Source: Octopus bimaculoides (lineage: Eukaryota). From it: 37,682 bases of DNA. Numbering within the stretch: position 1 is the stretch's first letter; every line of letters begins with the position of its first letter. Made by a program: the position numbers and the translations under genes. Location of the stretch: the NCBI RefSeq assembly GCF_001194135.2, contig NC_068981.1, positions 139,817,420-139,855,101 on the forward strand. Reading direction: 5' to 3'. Positions 23,608 through 32,855 of the stretch are shown here, one piece after another. Below the pieces are notes generated by a model. It had not been told where the DNA came from, did no database searches, and saw only the letters and a program-made list of their open reading frames with translations.

Positions 23608-24680
23608 CCCAAAGTGGTTGATGGCTGCGGTCCTGGCAAAGAAGGTAGATGAGGTAAATATACTTCAAGCTATCGTCATCGAAAAACCATATTGGACAGG
23701 CCACACGGTCCACTTATTAAGTCACTTTCAGCTAGCAGACCCATATAGTTTGGAACACCCGAACACTCCACAGTGGACGTGGTCAAATAGTGACGGGTCT
23801 ACTTGAAAATATCTAGATCAGATTTTAATTAGAGAAACAGATAAGTCTATAGCTAAGTGTCCACAGTTTTTTCCAGTCAGCTACAGTGACCACAAGATGG
23901 TTACCTGTAAACTGACAATAGACAAGTTACATAGTCAGGGACCTGGCTACTGGAAACTCAATACGTCCCTTTTGGCGATTGAGGAATACAGAAAGCGGAT
24001 CAAGATGTTAATTCAGAGGGCATTGACAGGTACCATCATTAATAACAAATGGTGGTACGCCCTAAAAAGAGCCATCAAATATGAGTCTATTAGGTTTAGC
24101 ATAAGTTTAGCTAAGAAGGGACGTAGAATAGGAGATGGTATAGTTAAGGAACTAGAAGAAGCCTGGAGGACTGGCNNNNNNNNNNNNNNNNNNNNNNNNN
24201 NNNNNNNNNNNNNNNNNNNNNNNNNNNNNNNNNNNNNNNNNNNNNNNNNNNNNNNNNNNNNNNNNNNNNNNNNNNNNNNNNNNNNNNNNNNNNNNNNNNN
24301 NNNNNNNNNNNNNNNNNNNNNNNNNNNNNNNNNNNNNNNNNNNNNNNNNNNNNNNNNNNNNNNNNNNNNNNNNNNNNNNNNNNNNNNNNNNNNNNNNNNN
24401 NNNNNNNNNNNNNNNNNNNNNNNNNNNNNNNNNNNNNNNNNNNNNNNNNNNNNNNNNNNNNNNNNNNNNNNNNNNNNNNNNNNNNNNNNNNNNNNNNNNN
24501 NNNNNNNNNNNNNNNNNNNNNNNNNNNNNNNNNNNNNNNNNNNNNNNNNNNNNNNNNNNNNNNNNNNNNNNNNNNNNNNNNNNNNNNNNNNNNNNNNNNN
24601 NNNNNNNNNNNNNNNNNNNNNNNNNNAAAGCGGGTAGGTCGCCGGGACTTGATGGTCTTCCGTATGAGCTGTATAAATGT

Positions 24681-25601
24681 ATGCCAGACTTGTTCGGGCA
24701 TCTACTGGCTGACGTTTACGCGAACTGGCAACAGAATTGGTTTATCCCCAGATCTGTGCGCCGGGGAGTAGTGACGTTGGTCAGAAAGGACCCGGACAAG
24801 GGGGACGTTATAGAGAATGTCATGCCCATCACTCTGTTAAACGCAGAAGTGAAGATTTTGGCCAAGGTCTTAGCGAAAAGGTCGGCGCGTGTCGCGGATG
24901 GTATAGTCGGGGAAGCACAGACATGTGCCATCCCAGGCAGAACCATTCAGGATACCCTCCATCATATTCGCTATACCATAGAGAGGGTTGGTAATAAATC
25001 TGGCAAAGGTGGGGCACTGGTACATTTGGACCAGTCTAAAGCTTTTGATAGGGTTGACCATCGATACCTGGCGACTGTGCTTGCGCGATTCTGCTTGGGC
25101 CTTGGCTTCCTCAGGTGGTTTATTGCTTTGTACCACAACATTGACTCGATAGTTCGGGTGAACGGTTTCCTTTCGAAGCCGTTCTGTATCAGACGCTCGG
25201 TTCGTCAAGGATGTCCGCTCTCACCGCTTTTGTATGTGGTGGCTCTCGAGCCACTACTGCGGAGGTTGAATGGCATTCCGAGAGAACCAGGTCTAGAGGA
25301 GTTTGTTACGGCTTACGCGGATGAAATCACTATCACCGTAACCTCTGTAGCACGCCTACGTGAAGTGGGTAAGACTATTGAGGCTTACGAGGAGGTGGCA
25401 GGAGCAAAGATTAACCGGGAAAAGTCGGTCGGCTTAAAAATCAGCACTTGGTTTGGCAAGTCGATGCCTTCAGACAGCGCTGTTGGGCGCTGGACGGAGG
25501 GACCGGTTAGGTTGCTGGGAGTTTGGTTTGGTCCAGGCCTCCAGATAGAGAAGAACTGGACGGAGGTATTGAGCAGGGTGGCTGCAGTAGTCAAGACCTA
25601 G
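24681..25601 (+). pseudogene. Reverse transcriptase domain of LINE copy 2
   Basis: PITLLNAEVKILAKVLA, QTCAIPGRTIQD, LDQSKAFDRVDH, SVRQGCPLSPLLYVVALEP, YADEI (YADD variant), KINREKS, LLGVWFG. The frame ends in a premature stop at 25601. Confidence 0.92.
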
Positions 25602-26353
25602 TCTTGGCGGTGGCTATCTCTGAAAGGGAAGGCGGAGTGGCCAATGTGTTTATCGCATCGGTCATTACTTACCGCCTCACCGTCTTGCCTTGTCCGGATT
25701 CGTGGTTGATCAGGTTGGAGAGACAGCTCCTTNNNNNNNNNNNNNNNNNNNNNNNNNNNNNNNNNNNNNNNNNNNNNNNNNNNNNNNNNNNNNNNNNNNN
25801 NNNNNNNNNNNNNNNNNNNNNNNNNNNNNNNNNNNNNNNNNNNNNNNNNNNNNNNNNNNNNNNNNNNNNNNNNNNNNNNNNNNNNNNNNNNNNNNNNNNN
25901 NNNNNNNNNNNNNNNNNNNNNNNNNNNNNNNNNNNNNNNNNNNNNNNNNNNNNNNNNNNNNNNNNNNNNNNNNNNNNNNNNNNNNNNNNNNNNNNNNNNN
26001 NNNNNNNNNNNNNNNNNNNNNNNNNNNNNNNNNNNNNNNNNNNNNNNNNNNNNNNNNNNNNNNNNNNNNNNNNNNNNNNNNNNNNNNNNNNNNNNNNNNN
26101 NNNNNNNNNNNNNNNNNNNNNNNNNNNNNNNNNNNNNNNNNNNNNNNNNNNNNNNNNNNNNNNNNNNNNNNNNNNNNNNNNNNNNNNNNNNNNNNNNNNN
26201 NNNNNNNNNNNNNNNNNNNNNNNNNNNNNNNNNNNNNNNNNNNNNNNNNNNNNNNNNNNNNNNNNNNNNNNNNNNNNNNNNNNNNNNNNNNNNNNNNNNN
26301 NNNNNNNNNNNNNNNNNNNNNNNNNNNNNNNNNNNNNNNNNNNNNNNNNNNNN

Positions 26354-26801
26354 GGCAATGCTACAGAGGTGCCTTGCCCGTTTGGGATAAGCTTGCAAGA
26401 CACGGTAAGCGTCAGTCGCCGACCTGTCCAAGATGCAGGGGAGACAGGGAAACCGTCCCTCATGCTATTGTTCAGTGTCCGGAGATATCTGAAATGTGGG
26501 CTTATGCTGAGTACAGCTGTCGACTGAGTCAATTATAAAAATTGACCCACCGGGAGTTTTACCAAACGAAGGTAAGAATTGTTTTCTCACGGTTGTAGCA
26601 ATAGCGAAAGAGGTAGATTGGAAGACGAGGATAAAAGGAATTAAGACAGGCAACTTTATCTATGGCCACAATTTACGTTCCTTTTTTACTTTTCATTTGA
26701 AAAGGAAAGTGTGGCTGGAGAGGAGATGTTTGTCGGAGTGTATGTTCCAAAAGAGATGGAAGGATGTTGCACGAGTGTTGTGCGTGCAAGGAACCGTGTG
26801 A
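26354..26801 (+). pseudogene. ORF2 C-terminus of LINE copy 2 with CCHC zinc knuckle
   Basis: HGKRQSPTCPRCRGDRETVPHAIVQCP (C-x2-C-x8-H-x4-C). Terminal LKRKVWLERRCLSECMFQKRWKDVARVLCVQGTV*, with the stop at 26799-26801. Confidence 0.8.
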
Positions 26802-27222
26802 ATAGTCAGAAAAAAAAGAAAAAAAAAGGTGCCAGCGATAGATCGGGGCTTGTGTGGTCGGAGCGTGGCCTGATCATCGCTTCATTTGTGTTGTCTAACG
26901 TACTGTTGATATCATTCGATTTTTTATATTTTATAAAATTTTTAAAGTCATATTTATGTAAACCATTCGCATTACTGATCCCAATCAGTTGTTTTGTACC
27001 ATTCTATGTTTGGCCCCCTGTGGGCAATAAAGAAATTGGTATTTCGTCTGCCGCTACGTTCTGAGTTCAAATTTCGCCGAGGTCGACTTTGCCTTTCATC
27101 CTTTCGGGGTCGAGAAATTAAGTAGCAGTTACGCACTGGGGTCGATGTAATCGACCTAATCCGTTTGTCTGTCCTTGTTTGTCCCCTCTGTGTTTATCCC
27201 CTTGTGGGCAATAAAGACATAA

Positions 27223-27440
27223 GAAATGTTTCGCACTGAGCAAAACACTTAGCAGCAATTGAAATATTGCCAGAGTTAACTTTTCCTTTCATGCTTTCGG
27301 GGGTCTAGAAAATAAGTACCAGGTGAGTTCTGGGATAGATGTAATCGACTTACTCCTCCCTCGAAATAGACAGCTTCTGTTTTTTTTCCAGAACGGCTTT
27401 GAATTCCGAGTTCAAATTCCAACGAGGTCGATTTTGCATT
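27223..27440 (+). mobile_element. Older, diverged SINE of the same family plus a fragment
   Basis: GAAATGTTTCGCAC...ACTTAGCAGC, TTCCTTTCATGCTTTCGGGGGTCTAGAAAATAAGTACCAG, GATGTAATCGACTTAC. A further GAGTTCAAATTCCAACGAGGTCGATTTTGC at ~27407-27437. Confidence 0.7.
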
Positions 27441-29054
27441 TTACAATTGTGCCTATTATAGAAAAGACCGTTATTATTAGAAATAAAAATACTACTACTA
27501 ATAGTAGACATGTCACTCGTCGGGGCATTTTCTACTCGAGCAGGATAATTGGTTCAATGTGATATTGGCTTTGTATATATGTGAGGTGCATTTGTTTACA
27601 CGGCAGGGAGGGTTGCTTCTTCAGGGGATAAATCTTGCATTTTCTTTGGAATATCAAACAGGGCCAAAAATGTCAGTTGCAGTGTATTAGTGGAAATTAT
27701 AATAGACTGTAGGATAAAAAGAAAATTAAATTCACATCGTTGATGAATAAGAAATAACAAATCTATCCCACATAATCCGAAATGTTAAACTCCTGTGACG
27801 ACAAGGTAATGCAGAACATCGCGAACGAACTTCCGTATACGCGTAATCATGACCTTCAGTTTTTTCTTCACGTGCTGTTAAAAGAGAGTCTCTGACGGAG
27901 TGTCTCATGGCTTATTGACGGATCCTGAAGGAAGATGTATTCGGATTCCTTCCCCACCCAAAAATACAATATGAAAATTAGATTATCAGCCTAATTTATG
28001 TCTGCATTATGATGTTGGGGAGAAATAACGAATCTGAGGTAAGAAGGTCTACTAACAAATACGTACGGTCTTTTTTTTTTTTTTTTATAAATATACAAAC
28101 AATTCTGATTCTTGTATGATTTTTTTTTTAAATGAAATCTATTCAGATGAATATTGTTCAATTTTTCAAAAGATTTCTTTGTGATTCTTTTAAATTGAAT
28201 ATATTTTTAGATTGAACTCTTTTCATCAAATGTCACCTGAAATTCACCTCATCGGACATAGTATAAGAATAATCGATATACACATATACACAAAGCCACA
28301 CTCATACGCACACACAATCAGACGCCTACACAGATGCACACAAAGGCATAAATATACGCATTGTGTCTAACCATACATATGCAGAGAAATGGATAAAGGA
28401 AAAGCTGAATATATTTTTCTTTGAAGTTGGCCTTTAATATATTATACGAAATTTAGATTTGATACACATATACATATAGCCAATGAATTTTCCCTCCATG
28501 TGGTCGCTCGACATTTTAGAAATAGTATTCAAAACAAACAATTGCATCTTAAGATCAGAACGACACATTTATTAATATAGTTACCATTATACTGAAAAAT
28601 ACAGGGTCGTAATGTCTGGAAAAGTGTAGAGCAGAGATTTGAGCACATTTGACCTTAGACTAAACTACACCAAGAAGATATGTACTTATATATGCTATAT
28701 GAACAGTATTAAATTACGCAAACACACAATTCACGCACACACAGACACATAATATTGTAAATACAATTTACGATAAGGTGGACAATGCAGGAAGATAAAT
28801 GAAACATTGGCTTAACGCTTTAATAGAATGTGAATGTCTCGAAGTTTTGGATCTTATTCTTTTATCAGTAGAAGGGAGGAAAGAAATAGAGGTGGAATGA
28901 AAAACAGATATAATCATCTAAACGAACGGAAGAAGGGTTAGAAACTGGGTGGAAACAATGTATCATGATGTGGAATTATGAATCAACCAATCAGTCCACC
29001 ACGTGGTTGAACAACCAATCCAACCCAATCAGGATTCACATAGCGGATTGTAAT

Positions 29055-29300
29055 ATTCATCCATTCGATTGCTGGATACAAAACGTTGCTCGTGAAACCT
29101 CCGTTCGGGTGATTTTCCTGAGTCACTATCTCACTGTTGTACTCCAATCCGTCACAAGGTTACTCATTTACAGCCGAGTGGACTGGAGCAACATGAAATG
29201 AAGTGCACTGCTCAATAACACAATGCACAACCGATCTGGGAATCGAATCCACGACCTCGCAATCGGTAGAGTGCAGCAGCCTAGCCACTAAGCCATGCGC
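29055..29300 (-). mobile_element. tRNA-derived CORE-type SINE
   Basis: Minus strand GCGCATGGCTTAGTGGCTAGG (A box), GTGGATTCGATTCC (B box), then CORE-like TTGTGTTATTGAGCAGTGCACTTCATTTCATGTTGCTCCAGTCCACTCGGCTGTAAATGAGT. Confidence 0.8.
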
Positions 29301-29536
29301 ATTCGTTGTTCTGAATAGAGGAAGGGGGGGGGTCTGTAGATGCACGCACAAGAGAGTATATGGCTTTGCAAACGACACGGTTTCGAGTTTAGTCCGACTA
29401 TGTTGAAGCACGTCATACACGTACACACACACACACACATACACACCCATATATATGCACATACATACACACACATATATATATACATATACACATATAT
29501 ATATATATACATGTTTATACATATATATATACATAT

Positions 29537-29584
<48 letters not shown>

Positions 29585-29586
<2 letters not shown>

Positions 29587-30000
29587 TGGTGGTTGTCTAC
29601 TCCTTATGTAGAGTTTGATCACCTCCTGTACCTACACTTTTGAACCATCATGGTATCTGATGTGGCTTCTTAAACCAGACAATGTTCTGAAAAGACACCC
29701 CACATAGATTGCACACCCGACTTGGACCACCAAGAGCTGCAGATAAGTTCTGATCTTTGTGGATCTTAAAATGTCTTTTGAGGCCTCCGTTAGATTTACA
29801 AACCTTCTGGCATACATTGCATTCAAAGGTTTGCACAGACATATAGGCAGAATAGTTGGTGGAGTTTCGTTTTCCATGGGTTCGCAAATGAGAGTTGAGT
29901 CCAGTAAAAGAAAGGCATGGTCTGTCACAAACTTTGCACACATAAAGGTCATTGTCATTCACCTTGTCGACCGTAACATTTTTCCTGAGATCTCTGTATA
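29585..30000 (-). mobile_element. Probable RTE-clade LINE 3' end encoding three C2H2 zinc fingers
   Basis: CKVCDRPCLSFTGLNSHLRTH, CNVCQKVCKSNGGLKRHFKIH and a frameshifted CNLC...FRTLSGLRSHIRYH*. A ~50-nt 3' UTR then runs into (TA)/(TG) microsatellite. No TGEKP linkers. Confidence 0.6.
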
Positions 30001-30024
30001 TATGCCTATGTGTGTTGATGTTTG

Positions 30025-30220
30025 TGTGTGTGTGTGTCTTTGTGTGCATGTTTGACAACGCCGTTTGGTTTGAATGTTTTCCCTTAAAGTAGAGCTTCGG
30101 TAAAAGAGACCGACAGAATAAGCACAGGGGTTCACTTGTTCGCCTAACCCTTCATTTACAGACCAAACCCAGCACAGTCGCAGTTCAATGCCTGAAGCGA
30201 GTAAAATAAAAAAAAAGGAT
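30025..30220 (+). mobile_element. Diverged 3' half of the microsatellite-bearing SINE family
   Basis: (TG)n, then GACAAC...TTCGGTAAAAGAGACCGACAGAATAAG...CCAGCACAGTCGCAGTTCAATGCCTGAAG and an A-rich tail. Confidence 0.55.
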
Positions 30221-32564
30221 ACGTCAATGAGAGAACGATAGAGTAAGAGAAGAAGAGAGACAAGGAGACGTGATAGCCTGTACACTATATATATATATAT
30301 ATATATTTATTTATACGTGCGCGCGTCTGTGTGCATGGATATGTATACATTTTTTATTTAAAATTTGACGCACAGCAGTATAGAAATACAATATATCAAT
30401 ATAATATAATCTGTGTTGCGAAGATTGAGAATGCTTGAAGGAGAACTTACTAAAGATGCGATGGGACCGATTGTAATATGAATCCCATTATGTACTGTAG
30501 ACACACTCTATCAGGGGAATTTTTAGTCTCTAGAAGATAGACATTACGCCATTAAGTTTGTTTATATGTTAAATGTTAAATCTGAGCGAATTACCTAACA
30601 TTATGATTTTGTTTTACGTAGACCCTCCTCGCCTTCATTGTTTCTTTTCCTCTGTCGCTCAGATACACATATTTACAAACGCACACATATGTGTGTCTGT
30701 ATATGTGACGTTGACAAGCAAGCTGTATTTAAAACATGGCTCTAAATAAATACATACGCACACAAAATCACACAGACTTAGGTATGTGTCTGTCTAAACA
30801 GAGGTTTGTACGTATGCGTACATACATAGCGTGACATTATATCCAATCTCATTTTTTAATGAAGATGCCATTAGTATAATATAATATTAAAAATGTGAAT
30901 AGATAAAAAATCAATAAGAATCTTTTGTATAGAATCTACTCCGTCTGAGCAAAGACAATAGTTTCCAAATCACTCGAGAACCTTTTCAGTATGTCGCATC
31001 TCACCAGATCTAAAGGGAATATTTTTTTTATTTTTCATTTTTATAACAAATAGTCATTCATATTGTAGTATATTTGCTGAAAGTTAACTGGTACTTGATT
31101 TGAGCGACCGCGATGGAATGGAAAGTAGTTTTGGCATGATTTCTTTAACGTCAAAACTGTGTCCCTTCTATTTAGGACATTGCATGAAACTACCCGCGAG
31201 ATGTTCAATCTTGTGGGTGGTACATATCCAAAATTAACCACGTTCAGCGCACAAAGGCCCATGCATGTAAGAAAGAATACAAATTTCTATCTTATGCATG
31301 GGACAGTACAAGGCCTCTGTTTATGAGCTTCTTAGAAATATCTTATTTCCAGAGACACATATTGTCTAATTCGAATGACGAAATTGATACCACTCTATAT
31401 TCTTCTATAGTACCTGTCTACCACTACTTGTATGTGTGTATCTCTATTCGGCATTTTATAACATAATCGAACAATAGGTCCCACTTCTGCTGGTGGTTTT
31501 CTCCAGGAACTCTGCGAGTATTGCCAATGTGGCCTTCTATCACCTTTTCAGATAATACTTTCTCAAGTCTCTTTCGGAGACAGTTGTTCAATTATTTTTA
31601 CAACCCTTGCAAGGGGACCGGCTTTTGCAAATCTTTTGCTATAACCGCTACTTATACTGCTGCTGTTATTGCCGGTGCTTCTAGAAAGCTACAAATGATG
31701 TGGCACTAGTAACGGTGATGATCATAGCAGTTGTATTTGAGTTGAGAAAATTTAGTTTATGGCTGTGATGCTGGTGATGTAGTTGTTGCTTGTCTATAGA
31801 ATAGTATGTGGAAAGATTTGACTGGTCATCGTAGTCACAGTGATGGAGACATCAGTGATAATGGTGTTATTTTTGTTATTTCTTTTCTCTCATTTTTTCC
31901 CTCGTTGTCGTTGTTGCTATTTTGGTTTTTGTCACTTTCACTCTCCCTTGAGAAAAAGTTCAGCCGGAAAAGCTTTTTGATAAAAATAACAAAATACTTG
32001 TCATTGACGGTCTTATAATTATCTTTATCATTGTTGTTGTTGACGGTGGTAGTGGTGCTGTTGCTGCTGCTATTGGTGGTGGTGACAAAATCATATGTTC
32101 CCCATGACTTAAAATGTTTTCGAGATAAGCAATAATGGCCTTAGAGCGATTGCTACCACATTTGACATGGCTATCTCCCACTGCTCCTCTCTTTTTAAAC
32201 GTCAATACTATTGACATATTTTATAAAAGATGTTGTTCTGATAACAGCTGTTGATAGGGGAATTACTTGTGTTTCCTTAATTAAGGAAAACGCTTGGAGT
32301 TTTTAGATGCCCTGTTTTCCAGATAATAATTTTAAGTAAAGTTAATAGAATTTTAAAATTCTAAATGAAAAATTTGGAAATAAAATAGAATAAAATACGA
32401 AATATAAGGTTGGCGTAACTAAGCTACCATAAGAATTAACGAGAAAAATAATAATAGTTTCTCGTTTAGATACATGACCAGTAGTTTTCAGGAAGCGGGT
32501 TATTGTATTAAATCGTCACCAGTACTTGAATGGTACCTTGTTTTTGTTGAATGAGAAAGGATGT

Positions 32565-32855
32565 AAGACGAAATTGACCTTTATAGGATTTGAACTCAGA
32601 ATAAGAAGGGCTGGAACTAAAAGCACAAAAAAGCTTTGTCTGATGCTCTGACGATTTACAGTTCGTTACATTAAAATTTTTTCTCTTATCATCTGCAATA
32701 ATTACTACAGACAGTATTATAATTGCCTGGAAAGATAAAAGGCAAAATTGATCTCTGTAAGATTTGGGCTCAGAATATAAGAAGCGGAAAGAAAAAAAAA
32801 ACAACGCAAACCATTTCGTCTGACATTCCGAACAGTTTGTAGAATCACCAGCCGT
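32565..32855 (-). mobile_element. Two highly diverged SINE head remnants (same family as the 18-27 kb cluster)
   Basis: GACCTTTATAGGATTTGAACTCAGAAT...GATGCTCTGACGATT and GATTTGGGCTCAGAAT...CATTTCGTCTGAC resemble the reverse complement of the SINE head and B box. Confidence 0.45.

Larger units (their letters stand above)
22804..27037 (+). mobile_element. L1-superfamily (Tx1-like) non-LTR retrotransposon, copy 2 (three internal gaps)
   Basis: TSD GGTATTTCGTCT at 22792-22803 and 27038-27049. Contains ORF1 from 22955, APE C-terminus (YLDQI...SYSDHKMV), RT and CCHC knuckle. About 89% identical to copy 1 over ~245 bp (manual count, ~20161-20405 vs ~23925-24175). Confidence 0.92.
22744..27222 (+). 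mobile_element. Host SINE 2 (type A) split by LINE copy 2: 22744-22803 plus 27038-27222
   Basis: Head AAGGCAGCGACTGGCAGAAACGTTAGC...GGTATTTCGTCT. Resumes GGTATTTCGTCTGCCGCTACGTTCTGAGTTCAAAT and ends CCCCTTGTGGGCAATAAAGACATAA. Confidence 0.9.

Noticed and set aside
19030-27049. Reading the GGTATTTCGTCT repeats or SINE copies as a CRISPR-like array or as LTRs
   Set aside because: The spacings are kilobases and the interiors encode APE and RT. The repeats are explained as TSDs within SINEs.
26711-27064. 117-aa ORF at the LINE 3' end as an extra gene
   Set aside because: It is out of frame with the ORF2 C-terminus, runs through the T-rich UTR, and is not open in copy 1.
29632-30058. Calling the zinc-finger ORF an intact host C2H2 gene
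   Set aside because: It is frameshifted, its 5' part derives from microsatellite, it lacks canonical linkers and it ends in a retroposon-like tail. Kept as a probable LINE fragment.
31521-31709. 62-aa ORF and minus-strand frames as an exon
   Set aside because: No consistent splice-site pair with an open frame, and no recognisable motif.
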